NCBI GenBank assembly: GCA_013265495.1
Contig: MU058000.1
Span: 682,001 to 746,000, forward strand
Direction of reading: 5' to 3'
Source of the DNA: Vicugna vicugna
Taxonomy: Eukaryota
DNA: 64,000 bases
The stretch's first letter is position 1, and each line of letters starts with the position of its first letter. Made by a program: the position numbers and the translations under genes. The notes beneath the pieces are model-generated. The model was not told the origin of the DNA. It saw only the letters and a program-made list of their open reading frames with translations, and ran no database searches. Of the stretch, positions 25,099-39,430 are shown piece by piece.

Positions 25099-26723
25099 AT
25101 ATATATATATTATTATTTCAGAATTCTTAAGGAAGCAAAAAAGAGGAGAGGGAAAGAAGTGGGGAGGGAAAATGCCTTTGAAGTTTTATTATTATTATTA
25201 TCAAGGGAGAGGGGGATGGAGAAAGCAAGAAGAATGTTTGTCTCAAGTTATAATTCCATGAATCTAAATCTTCCCATAATTATAGCAAAGGCTTGGGAAT
25301 TAGACGAGACGTGAGAGTCTGCATTCACAAAGCCACTGTGATTAGCATAAGGGAAATGTTAGGTCATGAGCACACTTTGGTCGAGACAGAACACCCAACT
25401 TTCTATTATCCCTCTGGTACTAAGAACTGCCTTTGTAACTGTTGAGCAGGTCTAAGATGGTTTAGCATTCCAGAGAAGCAGTCCCCATAGCGGAGGAGTA
25501 CACCCAAGGAGGTATACAAGATGATCCACTGTGGTGTGGGATGAAAATGTCAGAACTTCTATTTTTGTTCTATTTAAACCCAGCCTTTAAACATTTCTAA
25601 TTTGTGTTTATATGTTAAAAAAAATTGACTAAAATATCTAGTATGTTTGTAATTTATGGGTACATTTACGATATAGTATATTTATAAATAAACTAATATT
25701 AAAGGCTCATGATCAAACCTTCAGAGAAACATGACCAAACATTTGGAAAAGACTAGTTTAGTGTACTAGGCATATTCCAAATGTGTAGCAGGGGTTCACA
25801 CGTACACAAAGATATCTCCTCTTCCCTGTCCTCTGTAATAGTGGGCTATTATAACCAGAAAAAAATGGTCTTCGTTGTCAGTCCAAGGGAAAGGTATTTT
25901 GGCAAACAAGAAGGATCTATTACTCCCTTAAACTCTCCTATTATTTGGGCAATAACTGAATCTTAACTGCTCCAGCTCCCTGGTGGCCACGCTAACAACT
26001 TGTCTCAGGCTTTCCCTGTTGCCTGGAATCTACCTAAACGTGACGTCACCACCACACACTTTGCTCTCTAGTAAGTTTTAAAACCAGTCTTCCAATTCTT
26101 CAAAAATTATAAAACCAACCTACAACAAATAACTGTTGGAGTTGCTGCTGGGGCCAAGAGTTATGTGACCTCACTATCAGAACACAGGTCTTTTGATGTT
26201 ACTTTCTTGGCTATAATCTTGGTGCCCGATAAATACATAGCAGTGAAAGGAAGAGGGGCTGTCTGAGATCTTGACTCATGCCAGAGTCATCGCGAGCTTT
26301 ACAGCAAGTGTCTTTTAAATTAAATGTTTAAAATCTCCTACTGTTCAAACAACAGGTTGAGACTGTTACTTTTGCTATCAATAAAGTCTTAGAGGAAAAG
26401 TCAACCTATTGTTCAGAGGGGAAGCAGAAAGTCAATATAGTGAACAATATAGAAGGAAGGAATAGTACATTACCTGTTCTGTACCCCTCCCCTGCTACTG
26501 TGGGTAAGAACTTCACAACTGAATTTTCCTCTTCTCATTTCAGGTCTTCCCGGAATGTCAGCCCACCCAGGATGCGTATCCCAGGCAAAGTCAGATTTGT
26601 GTTGGAAATCTTGAAAGGACTAACTCAAGCATAGGAAAATGGTGGGAGCTGTGTTACTCAGAAGAGCATGCACATAGGTCCTTGCTGACTTGAGCCTTAA
26701 GGCTGCCAAGGTTCCTGCCCATC

Positions 26724-27182
26724 TGTGTGGGAGATAGCAAAAATGGCCAGATTCTCCAGATTCTTCCTTTTTCTATCCATGTTCTTGGGCAGTCCCCTCC
26801 CACACTGACTCTGAGCAAGAGCGTGTGATTTGCTTTAGTCAAGATCAAATATACTGCAAGCAGAAACTTGAAAAGTGCTGTGTGCTGGGGCTTGCCCTCT
26901 TCTGCTGTACTTGGAACCCCAGGACCATTATGCAAATGAGCCGGCAGGGTGGGGATGAGTGATCACATGAAGGGGAAGTAAGATACCCTAGCCAACCAGG
27001 CAACTGACTGCAGCAGACCCGTGAGTGAGCCCCTAAGGAGATCAGCTCAGCCAGCATAGACAAGGACTTGCTCAAGCTTGCCCACATTGCTGATATACAG
27101 GATCTTGAGCTAATAAACAAATGGTTGTTTTGGGGGACCACTAATTTTCAGGCTGGTTTGTAACACAGTAGAAGCTGATACA
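26724..27182 (+). mobile_element. MaLR (MLT1-type) LTR
   Basis: Typical 5' aaaaatggcc...ttct and 3' ataaacaaatggttgttt...ccactaattt...gtttgtaacacag ends. Confidence 0.7.
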
Positions 27183-30100
27183 TCAACGTCCTGAAGCTGG
27201 AGTTTTTAGCTTTCCTCTGATTCTGTAAACAATTATACCCTTAAAATAAATTCCTTTTGCTTAAAGTTAGTATTCTGTTGCCTGCAGTCAAGCTCCTCCA
27301 CTGTCAGGCAGGAGATAAATGAAAAGATCTTTGTAGGAACCATGGGCACATGCAAATTCCCAGAATCTTCCAAACTTTCTGGTTATTGAGCAAAAATATT
27401 TCCATTTCAGTGCTCCTCTCTATTCTCCCTTGCTCTTTCCACAAGGAAATAGAACAGTATTCTTCTTGCTTAAATAATACAAGACACATACTTCAAATCC
27501 TGTAAGTTTGGAGGGAAGGAACTTTAAGACTCTTATCCCAAGAGGTATCATCTTTGGCCTGGGTCACCTGGCATCAACAGGTGGGAAGTGGATAGGCCCT
27601 GACTGCACTGTCAAGTGGTCAAGAGGATGCACTCTGGTTCCAGGCTGGTTCTTATCCCGGCTACTCCACCTACAGCTCTGTGACCTTCGGCAAGTTACTT
27701 TACAAATGCATGAGGCCTCAGTTCCCTCAACTATAAAATGGAGATAATAATGGTATTTACCTCCTAAGTTGTGGTGAGGACTGAGTTAATTATTTCAAGT
27801 TTACATAGCAAACATTATATAAGTATTTAGTAGTATTATCACAATTAATCCTTAGAATCCAGGTACCCTTCGGGAAAGATTTTGGAAAGAAACATTTGGC
27901 ATTGTGGGAGCTTTGATACAGCCATAGAACAGGTTTTATTTCTAGCCCTTGCTTTGCCACAAACTCCCTGTGGTCTTGGGCACGTTTCTCAATGCCATTT
28001 CCCCACTTAACATGGGGTAACCAACATCCCTGTTCTAGTCTGGAAGCACATATGAAATAATACATGTGAACATGCTTCTAAACAGTCAAACGCGCTCAGC
28101 CACTGTTTGGTAAGTCCTAGGATTACTTTTCAGATAGTGAGGTAGTTTTAGATTCCAGGTGAGTCCTCAATTTCTCACGCTGTGTGAGTGGGTCCTTGGT
28201 GGGCAGTTACTGTATTTTAAAGATATAAGACCATAAAAATGCAGAATGCAGTCTTGGAATAAAGACTTAGTTACAGAGATACTAAACCAAAATTTGTGTA
28301 TCAAAGAGGCCATGGCCTTTTCAAAAGTCTCCCAGAGACCGTTCAGTGTTTCTGAAAAAGGAAATGAAATCAAATAACCAGAGAACAGGAGAAAGCAGAA
28401 AGGCAAGAACACTTTCATATGTTTACACATCCTGAACTGACCGATGTCCCTAAACTGACTCACCCCCCGACTGTCCCTGGGACCGCGCTTGAGTGTTCTC
28501 TGCCTCAGCAGGGAGACAACTCAAGGTTTAAGGCCTGCTCAATCTAATGCATTCACGCGTGGATTCATTTTAAAGCACATTTGTTTCATAAACGTTCCAG
28601 TCACCAAGTTCTAAGATAAATATTGGTTTGTTTCTATAATATAAAGAAGATGAAACTTTTTGATAATTTTAAGGAAGAAGTTGTATTTGAGAAAATTTGG
28701 ATGATGCAGAAACACATACAGATGATTAAAAGCACCTGAATCTTGCTGCCACCTGAGATGATCAATGTCACCATCACAGTGTGTTTCTTTCAAGCTGTCT
28801 CACTCTGCACATGCACGTTCATGAACACATACCTCTCTGCAAAGTAGGCATTCTTCTGCATACGCAGTTTTAGAGCCTAGGTTTTTTTGGCTTAATATTC
28901 TTAGATGAGAATTTTCATGGGACAACATTCAAAACAAGCCGTGGGGAAGACAGGAAGTGCCAGTAGTTGTTGGCAGGATCTGACCGAGCTGTTAGTATGA
29001 GTATTATGTTTGCTAAAGGAGTTTGGAATGCAGAGTATGCAATATATTAACTCCAGTGCATGTATGCAATGTCTGGCCAGCTCAGTGGGGAAGTGCAGGA
29101 CATGTGAAAAGTAATAAGACAGTGTGATACTGGACAAAAGATGACCATTGCTGATGATCTGTTTCATGAAGTACATTTGACTCCTGTTGACATTTAAGTC
29201 AGGGATTTCATTAGACAGAGATGAGGTAATGGCATCAGGACTTCTATTTTCAAATCTAAAGCTTTTTGCCCAGCTGTGACACACTGAAATATTGACAAAC
29301 ATGCTGCCTTCTATTCTGTAAAAACAATAACCTTTGTGTCCTCACTGAGGACATTTCCTGGGGGTCAGATTGAATCTCCTCTGCAGCTGGACACACAGCA
29401 GATTGATACGTGTGGTCACTTGTTGCCTCTTCTTCTTTGCATATATGAGAGAAGTCCAGCGAAAGACATAAAACCAGAGTCATCTGCCCACCTTCAAGCC
29501 AGAAGCTCAGTTACACCAGGGGGTGGGGTGCACAAACAACATAAACCACAGAGGTCTGCTTCCTCAAAGACTTTTTAAGAGCACGCACCATACAGCGCAG
29601 GAATTTCTACCCTATCTTCAAGAGCAGACTGTGGCAAATACACCAGCAGCATGAGTTTGATAAGGGTTGTGAGCAAATAAAGACTATATAGTCCCAAAAA
29701 TATGTAAAGAGGAAGAATGCAACTACTCTAGATCCTTAAGATTTCTGATTGAGATTAAGAGGGGTGGTGGAGGCCGGGGGGATGGGTACAAAATATCTAT
29801 AGAATGAGCGCAACATTGAGCCAGGAAAACAGATCTTCATGGTGTTAGCTTTTCTTCAAAGTATTTGATCTGGGATTGGATTCTCTAACCCCCCAGAGCA
29901 CTTGGTTACTTCTGGGGTGTGTCTGGAGCACCCTGCAGGCTTCAGGAACAGACTTCAGGTTTCAGGGCAGGAGAGGTGCCAGAAGGAGAGAGGGATAGTT
30001 ACCCACCACGGCTGCCACCTCCCTCCGAGACAGCAGCAGCGGCAAAACTGACGCTCACCAGTCACGTGTCACATGCCAGGTGCTCTGCCCAGGGCTGGAC

Positions 30101-31743
30101 CCACCGTCTCCTTTGATCCTGGAGGCTCCTACATGAGGTAGTTCCTTCCGTTACCCATATTTCGTCCATGGGGATCCTGAGGCATAGAGATTATGTGGTT
30201 CGACCAACATCACAGACGAGTAAGTGGTGGCACGAGGACCCGAACCCCAGAGGGCCGAGGCCACAACCCTCAGCTTGACCCCAGCTCTGAGCCTGCAGAT
30301 CGACCCTTTAGGACCCTCTTTAGGACCCTCTCATCTAGAGCAAGTTGCCCAATTTCTAAATCTCAGTTTCCTCAGTTATAAAAAGGATAACAACAATCTG
30401 GTCTATCTACCACGAAACAGTTGTGAGGACCAAACGAATCATGTGAGTGCCATTTGTCAAATATGGCATGCTCTACAATTTAAATTATTTTCACTATTTC
30501 TGATGAAAGGAAGAGAAAGAGGGCACTTGTTTCTTCATTTTGAGGGGTTTTTTTTGCATAGTATAAAAGTTTTCATTTTAATAATCAACATAAGGCAATG
30601 AAAATAATTGATATTCACTAGTAGCTACATTAGGTATTGAGAAAAAGCAGAAAACACTTGAGAAAATTGAGAAAAAAGTATCAGGAAACTGTGATTAGAA
30701 AGAAACAAAACAAAACAGTGATTGTTTTGACAGGACAGAGACCTAGGCTGGCTCCTTGGGGGACTGTAGCTCTGGTGACAAAGTGGCTGTAACTGCTGGC
30801 AGGCAGGTGACACTTCCCTTTCTGGAAATGGAAATGAACTCTCACGGATTTGTAAGTCTCCAGATAAGGACTTCCTGCTCCACAAAAACAAAGCATAGCA
30901 GCTGGAAATCACAGCCTATCTCTGGTCTCTGTTCCACACCCTCGAGCTGCCATTCTTGGTCTGGTCTAGGGGAGGCTTCTTCAGCTCCAGGCTTCTAAAT
31001 AAAGCCTCACTGTTTCAGAGACAAAAGTGCTAGCATTAAAAGCCAAGGTTAGAAAGAGTTACCTCCTGGCAAAGACACCCTGGACTCAGGCAGGCCTGAT
31101 CTGTGGGAAGTCATTAAAGTCCTAAGCAGGCCTGAAGCCCCTGATCTAAACCCCTGTCCCAGCACACATGGGCATGCTCTTTGTGTTTTTTTTCCAGAAA
31201 CGGCCAGTAAGTTCCTAGAGAAGAGACGCTACAATAAAAAGCCTTTTGAACTGAACTGCACTGGGGGACCTCACCTAGGAACCCAAAGTTGGGACAGAAG
31301 GAAAAATGGACATCTTCTGAAACTCAATGATAAAAGGGTCCGCAGAGAAGAGTTCCATCATCCGCCATTAAATGGTCTGTAAATGTGCTGCCCCCAGAGC
31401 TTTAGGAAATGCCCAAATCCAATCAAAGGTGACTTGGATATAATTTCAGAAAGACTTGCTAGGAATGGGTCTAAAGTCTACTACTCATAATCTAATTACA
31501 TAGAAGTTCAAAAGCTTATTTTTTAAACACAAGTAATCCATGTTCACTGAAGAAAATTGAGAAAATACAGAAAAATGAAAGAAGTAATAAAAAGCACCCA
31601 AAGTCCCACCTTTACCACCAAAATATGAGGCATCTGGGCCGTTACGACAGCTGATGAAGGAGAGACTGAAAATAATGGCCAAAAGTGTTCAAAAGTTAAC
31701 TGTCATGTGATACTAAACCGTGCATGGTACCAGGATTTGGTGG

Positions 31744-31744
<1 letters not shown>

Positions 31745-31776
<32 letters not shown>

Positions 31777-31881
31777 NNNNNNNNNNNNNNNNNNNNNNNN
31801 NNNNNNNNNNNNNNNNNNNNNNNNNNNNNNNNNNNNNNNNNNNNNNNNNNNNNNNNNNNNNNTATATATATATATATATAT
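31745..31881. repeat. (TA)n microsatellite spanning an 86-N assembly gap (31777-31862)
   Basis: TA repeats abut both sides of the N run. Confidence 0.97.
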
Positions 31882-31931
31882 TTCTGTCCTCTTAGGCAAC
31901 AGCTCTATACCTCGCAAGACTGTTATGGAAG

Positions 31932-32412
31932 TGTGAATGAAAAATACTGCAAGCCGTATCAGTAAACAAAGAATGCTGTGACCATCAGGTCATCAGTCAT
32001 CTCAGGATGCAAATAAGCAGGCAGCCTGGCCCCTGCAGCCATGCCCAGCGGTGCCCTCTGAGGGACATGAAAGCACAGGACACTGGCCCTAGATTGCAAG
32101 GTGCATGTCAAAGGAGTGATTCCAATGAGCCCAGACCTTTGTGCCTTCCCATACACAGAAGAGTGCTAAATTCTTTAACTTGAGATGTCTGGTTTTCTTT
32201 AGTTAACAGTGATCTTTCAACGTTCTGACTACCTGGCCTTTGCTGTAAAAACTCCTATATATCCTGGCTCCTCCGGTACCTCTTCAGCACGGTCCCTCAG
32301 GCCTATCTGAGAGGCTGTCATCTTGGGCTCGAAGGGGTTCGAGTCCTCAGAAATGTCCGCAGAATAAAACATAACTGTCAACTTTTAGGCTGCCCATCGA
32401 TTTCTGTCGACA
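31932..32412 (+). mobile_element. ERV1-type solo LTR
   Basis: TG...CA termini, perfect 4-bp TSD gaag (31928-31931 and 32413-32416), TATA-like cctatatat near 32254, AATAAA 32363-32368. Confidence 0.82.
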
Positions 32413-32459
32413 GAAGCTATCCACACGTGCACAGAATGGTGTTGTACAAGAATAAGCTG

Positions 32460-33480
32460 TAAGACCATCTCAATAAATACAAAAGTAATCTGGTAAAATT
32501 TAACACCCACTGGTGCTTAAAAACTTTCAGCACACTAGGAATGGAAGATAATTTCTCCATCTGATAAAGGGTATATATACATTTTTTCTTTTTAAAAAGC
32601 TCAGCTGGAGCAATTAGGCGTCCACATGGAAAAAAAATGACTTTAACCTCTTCCTCTCTCTATATACATATAAAAATTAACCTGAGAAGGATCATAGATG
32701 TATATGAAAGCCAAAACGATAACACTTTTAGAACAAAACATAGAAAAATATCTTTGTGACCTTGGGGTAGTTAATATTTTCTTAAGACACAAAAAGAACC
32801 ACCATGAAAGAAAAAAATACAATAAATTACATTTCATCAATGTATTTATCAAGACATCACTTAAAAAGTGAAAAGAAAAGCTAGTGATAAAAGACTTGTA
32901 TGCAGAATATATAAAGAATTCCCACAAATCCATTAATAAAAAGATATATAACCCAATAAAAAAAAAAACCAGGCCCTTCATAAAAGCCACGTGAATGACC
33001 ATACAGCACATGAAAAGGTGCTCAACATCATTAGACACCAGGGAAATGCAGTTTAAGCTACGATGAGATGCTATATACACCCCCACCAGAATGGCTAAGG
33101 ATTAGAAATTGTGACAATATCAGGTGTTACAGAACACAGAACAACTAGAACACTCATATATTGCTAATAAGAGTATAAAACGATAAAATCACTTTGAAAA
33201 ATGGCTTGGCAGCCTCTAATAAATTAAAACATTCCCCTACCTTATGACCCAGCAAGTTTACGCCTATGTTTGTGCACAAGAGAAATGAAAAATATGTCCA
33301 CACATAGACCTCTTCAAGAATGTTCATAGCAGCTTTATTCCTAGTAGTTAAAAACTGGAAACACCCCCAAAGATCCATCAGTAGGAGAAAGGGAAAGCAA
33401 ACTGTGTCATATGCATATAATAGAACACTACTATAGTGATAAACATACGCGAACTATGGGACATGTAGCAAGATAATGAA
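32460..33480 (+). mobile_element. Ancient L1M fragments
   Basis: Degenerate ORF2/3' motifs (atgaaaaggtgctcaacatcattag; agaatgttcatagcagctttatt). Confidence 0.7.
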
Positions 33481-36400
33481 TCTTTAAGCCGCTATCTGAA
33501 TCTCAAAAGTCACTATCACATCATCGCTCACCTAGGTCTCATCCATGCATTTAATCTCTATAAAGAAGATACTATTATCCCTCGGTTTTAATAATGAAAA
33601 AGATTCATAGAAGAAAAATAATATCCAAAATTATATTAATTCATTCAATATGTACTGGCATATACTGTTTGCCGACAGGCAGCGTAGCAGGTGCTGAAGA
33701 TAGAATGTTAGCAACACTAGACCCAGGGCTTCCTCTTCCTCTTCCTCTTCCACAGCACTGCCAGGTAATGTGATGGGCTTGACATTTAAACAAAAAATGA
33801 ATAAGACACTGTCACTATCTTTAAGAAGTTCAGAGTCTGGCAGAAGAAACAGGCAGATAAATAACTAATTGCAATGCTGTAAAAGCAATTACAAACCAAC
33901 ACAGAGTGTTGTTACAGGTATACATAAAGTGCTGCGTGAACCCAGAAAGGGAAATGACAGATAATTCTGCAGAGCTGGTTGAAGCCAAACTGGCAAACAT
34001 TTGAGTTGGGAACTTAACAGTAGATAGAATGCCTTCAGGCTCTGAGAAGAGGGGAAGGAGTTCAAGATTTGGAGCTAAATACACCTGGTTGGGATGCCAT
34101 TTGTGACATACGAATACCCAACAACCTGAAGGGTGTTTGTAAGAACTGGAAATAAATACCTGTAAAGATGTAAGCACATGCAGAAGAAACTCAATTCACA
34201 GGAGCTTTTAGTTTTTGAACAAATAACTGGTGATGTTCATCTTGTCAGCATACATCTCCTATTGGAAATTGGTGTCAAGCCCATAAAGTCTCACCTCTCA
34301 ATACAAGAATATGATTCACTTTCTGAGTCTAAAAACCTTAGGACCAGCTCTTAAACCCATGGTGATTTGTTGGCTTTTGACCTTCCTCTTCATTTCAACA
34401 TGACCCGAGCCCCAACATATACCATGAGACTGTGGGTTAAGTAGAGTTGACTGTTTCAGTTTGAGTGGCTTGTGTTTTAGAAGCCAGGACCCAAGGACAT
34501 TTGGACCAGTGGGAGCAGTAGCCACTCTGCTGTGTGCCTCTTTGCACAAAACCACTCAGAACACGCACTTACTCAGCTGCCTCCTCTGTGCCTAGCTGAC
34601 AGCGATGCTCCCTTTAATCTGCACCAGATCCCCCTATCAGCCTACAAATTTCCAGAACAGGGGCTAGCAGTAAGTACTAAGTTAATCTGAGAGAGGCAGC
34701 TCTGTAAGGGAGGATCAAAGTGGCAGAACTTCCTCAATATACACAGGCTCTTCCTGTAGTGCCTGCATCCAAGATTTTCACGTAGATACTGAAATAGGCC
34801 CAGTATCCCTCCTGATGGCACAGCAGGTTAGTGCTGCTGCATGGTAAGGCGCTTACGGAACAGGAGCTCAGAAGTTATTCGCAAGGCTGACCGGCTCTTT
34901 ATTGACATTTCCAGGCAAAGTAGAATAATTACAGTGAGAGTGACCAGGGTGCTGACCTCTCCTAACCACCTGGGTTTATTTGTGCACAGTTGACTGACAA
35001 ACTGACGCAGAAGGGTATTTACAAGATTTAATCATCAGAGCAAACACTGCAAACAGCTCTACAAGGAGCACGGCACACGGAGAGAGAGCTGGCTTGCCAC
35101 AGGTAGGCTGGGGGTGAGGCTGCGAAAATTATTTAAGTTCTCAAAGCCTCAGGTTCCTCACCGACAACATGGGGACATGATGCCCTGAAGCATGTTGTGA
35201 GAGTGAAAGAATGTAGGAAGTGCCTGGCATAGCGTCTGCATGTAATGGGGACCTAGTAAATGGTTATTTCTGTTGTCATAATTAAAGTAAGGCAGGGCCA
35301 CCTCTAGTTTGCAGGGAGTCAAGGAAAAGATACATGCTAAGAGTTGATTGCTGATTGTTTTGCTGGGTAGAGGCCATGTTAAAGAGCTTTTGGAGAGGAG
35401 TTCAGTGAAGGGTGTGTATGACACAGAGAGAGAGACAATGAGGAAATGGGAGAATCTATACTGGGTGAGAGGAGGATATCAGAAGAGAAGCAGAGAAAAG
35501 CTTCCGGAATAAACGCACACCTCTTGTTACTAGACTACAAGCTACTTGAAGGCAAGGCCCATGCTTTATTCTATTGTATTGTAGCCCTGTTTCTAGTCAC
35601 TATTATATGTTCCATCAGAGTCTACAGAAATGCCTGGCCCCAGCAGGCACTCAGGAAACATTTCCTGGACCAGCCCTGCACTCTAACTTGCAGGTGTGGC
35701 TGTGACTAAACACAGGAAAAGGAAACAGCAGTGGTGGCGGTGGACACTTGTCAAGCAGTGGCTCTGATAAGCAGAAGTGCCCTTTGTCCCAGCAGTCGAG
35801 TCACTACACCACCACACTGACCCGCTGTGACAGGCTCCCTTCACAACAACGACGCGACGTCAATCCCCCAGCAAAGCAATAAAGCCCGAATGGAGGCTCC
35901 AAATCTTAACGCAGGAAAGGTCTGCCCACTTTGTCACCCTCTACCCTAGTGAGCAGATCAGGTGCATGAGATATTCCCCTGTTCCACCCTGGACTGTGTG
36001 TTCTACACAAGCTGCCTCCATTAATCCTCATGACAACCCTTTGGGAGGTAACAGTCGTAGTTCATAGGTGAAGAAAAAGAAGTTCAGAGAGGTTAAGTAA
36101 TTTGCCTAAGGACAAATATCCACAGGCTTTCAAAACCAATGCCCTTTTCATATACTTGAAGTACAACACACATACAGAAAGGCACACATAAGTAGAGCTC
36201 CGTAAATTTTTGCAAACTGAGCACGTTCACGTAACCAGCACCCAGATCAAGAAACAAGTCCCCTGCACCCATTTCTTGTCCCTCCCCGCCCCACCCCCAA
36301 TGGTAGCCACTATTCTGACTTCTCCCATCTCTAGAAGCTTTACCCAGAACACTCTAGCCCACAGTAATCTCTTCTCCCATTGAATCCTTGGGTTTTTCTT

Positions 36401-36819
36401 CTGCGTACCACCCATCTGGAACTTCCCAATACTCTCCTGTAGCGTCAACTATTTATTCTTTTAAATATCTTGTCTTTCTAATTATTATTATAAATTCCTT
36501 GAGGCCAGGGTTTTACACTTCTTTACCGTCCCCTAGCGCATCTAGTATGGAGCAATTACTCTATAATATATGTACCCAATAGTTATTTTCTGCTTTCTGC
36601 CTATCTGACACTGTTTTAAACACTTTCCCTGGTCTCATTTAATCTTCCCAACTACCCGAGGAGGTAGGCATTGCTATTATCTTCCTTTTACAGATGACAA
36701 AGCTGAGTCACAGAGAAGTAACTTGCCCAAGTCAGGGAACGATGGAGTACGGTTCAAACTTATGGAGTACAGTTCAAACTGTTACTCCAGGGCATGCATG
36801 GATTGGAGACCTTTCATTC

Positions 36820-37825
36820 TTCTGTTCTTTTTATAAATATTTTATTAAAGTATAAAACACACATAGAAAAAAAACCCACATAAACCACACAATTAAAGCC
36901 CAACGAGTTTTCATGAAGTGAAGACACCTAGGTAACTCACGGCTAGATCAAAAGACAACGTGGCCAGCAGCCCAGAAGACCCCTTCACGCCCCATCCCAG
37001 TCACTAACTACCCTCCCCTCGGGGTGCTCACTATCCTGCCTCCTAATACTATACACTAGATTACCTGTTTTTAAACTTTACATAAATGAATCATACAGTA
37101 TGCCCTCTTTATATTCATGAGATTCATTCATTTTGCTGCATGTGGTATATTAATTTGTATTTCTGCGTTGTACTCAGGTGTGTGAATGTGACATAATTTA
37201 TTCACACTCATGTTCATGGACAGTTGACAGATCCCAGATCTAGTAACTATAGCTACTGCTTCTGTGAACATTCTTATACATGGCTTTTGGTACATGTCTG
37301 CATGTATTTTTCTTGGGTACATATCCAGGCATGGCATTGTTCTGTCACCGAGTATGCAAAAGTGACTATACCAGTTTACACTCTCATCTGCAGTATTTGA
37401 GAATTCTGGTTGCTTGACACCCTTGCCACTTGATATTGTCTGTTGTTTTCATTTTAGCTATGCTGGCGGGTGTGCAGTGGCATCATACTGTGGCTTTAAC
37501 TGAGCTTTCACTGATGACTAATGAAGTTGTATATCTTTTCTTGTGTTTATTGGTCATTTAGACATCCTCTTTTGTGAAGCACCTTTTCAAGTCTTCTGCC
37601 CAGTGAGTAGTCTGCTGTTTTGTAGAAGTTGATTTGTCCAAGTTCTTTATATGTTCTGGATATGAGTTCTTTGTCAGATGTACCTATAGTAAATATCTTC
37701 TTTCACACTGTGGCTTATCTTTAACTCTCGTAATAGTACATATTGATTAGCAAAGAGTCATAATATTAATATAGTCTAATTAATCAGATTTTTTTTTCCT
37801 TTATAGTTAATACTTTTGGGATCTT
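36820..37825 (-). mobile_element. Ancient L1M fragment, reverse
   Basis: ctgatgactaatgaagttg..tcttttc..gtgtttattggtcattt; tatatgttctggata. Confidence 0.7.
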
Positions 37826-39269
37826 AAGGTGCATTTTTTAGGGACTGTCTCATTAGAGACTCAATGCTGGGACTGCCAGTCAAGGTTCCCTGCCTTCCTG
37901 TAGCCACATGAGTGAGCTAAGCTTAGTCCCTGTAAAGCTCTTGCCCTGGAATTTGACTCTTTTTCTAAAATAAAATGTGAAAATGATTATCATTCACTCA
38001 TCACTTTGGTAGCACTGGAAGAAACCAGCTGCAAGTCTTTGCCAGAGAACCAAATGCCATTCTAGCTCCTGTCCTTTCTGCTTCTGGCTTTTCAGCTTGA
38101 TTTCTCAGCTTTCCCCTCAATATCGTGAGCACACCCTTCTCCCCAACCCCCATACCCTTCCAAGAAACTTCCCTTTTTTATTTCTAGTTAGCTAGAGTCT
38201 GTTTCTGTTGCTTGCAACCAAAAAATCCTATTGATTCCTTCCTTCACTTTCTCTATGTTGACATTCTCTCTATTTTTCCATATGGCACTAAGCACAGAAA
38301 TCCAGCTTGATCAGTCACACTGTACAAACAAGAAATGTCACCTTCTTGAAACTCAGTCCTTATCCTTTCATGATTTCAGTATAATTTCTAAGAACAATGA
38401 GCTTCCTGATATCCCAGAGCTGGCTCTGCCTCAACATTCATCACATTAGGACAAATGATGGCATTTTCAACTCACTGGCTTTTAGAGAAATGAAGATGGG
38501 GAAATCTAGCTAAAACTGGACTTTTTCCAATAAAGCAGATAATAAAAAGGTACAATAGGGCATGAACCCCTTAACAAATTATCAAGCAAAGGCAGCTCTG
38601 CAGCTGTGCCTAAGCACGATAATTGCTGTCTTTTTTAGGTGGCAGCTATAATAACAAGCACTGATAATTTAAATGGAAGAGCAGACAATGCTTTGGGTGG
38701 AATATTGCTCAAATAAGGAGCACCTCTAAAAATCAAATTTATCCTGAAAAGCCAATCCACAGAAGCACTGGCTGCTATGCCTGGAATCATCTCAACGATT
38801 GCTCTCTTAGACCCTTCACATTTCACAAAATATGAGCAGAGGCCAACATTAACAAGAAAGATTTTTTAAAAAGAAACAGAAGTTATGTACCTCCAAATGA
38901 ATCTAAGATAGGGAGGCATACACATATCACACGGATGCAAAGATAACATGAGGCATTCTGGATTACATCTTTGGGAAGTGTTTTCAGAACCTGCGGCGTT
39001 GTCTTCAGCATGGCCTGAGTGGCGGCAAATCTTTATCCCTTGACGTTGACGGGGTTTGATTTTTTTCAAAACAGTCAAAACTCACTTAGAGTCAAAGCTG
39101 CTGAGTAAATTTGTATAAATGTATTCTTTTTTTTAAGGGACAATAAAACATAGCAGTTAAGAGTACTGACTTTTAGAGAAATCTAGATTCTAACTGAGAC
39201 TTGCTGCTGTGTGATCCTGAACACAAGACAGCCTATTTGAGCCTCAGTTTTCTTATGCCTAAGAAGAGA

Positions 39270-39430
39270 CTAACGAGCAACAAGAATTTACTCTATAGCA
39301 CAGGGATAAACAGTCAATATTTTGTAATAACTAAATGGAGTAGAATCTATAAAAATATTGAATCACTATGTTGTACACCTGAAACTAATATTGCAAATTG
39401 ACTATACACCAATTGAAAAAAAAAAAAAAA
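39270..39430 (+). mobile_element. L1 3'-end fragment with poly(A), inserted into a MIR
   Basis: tatagcacaggga...gttgtacacctgaaactaat followed by a long A run. Degenerate TSD aagaagagact/aagaagggatt, with MIR core sequence on the left. Confidence 0.75.

Noticed and set aside
31707..31965. YIYI-repeat ORFs
   Set aside because: Artefact of the (TA)n repeat and the N gap.
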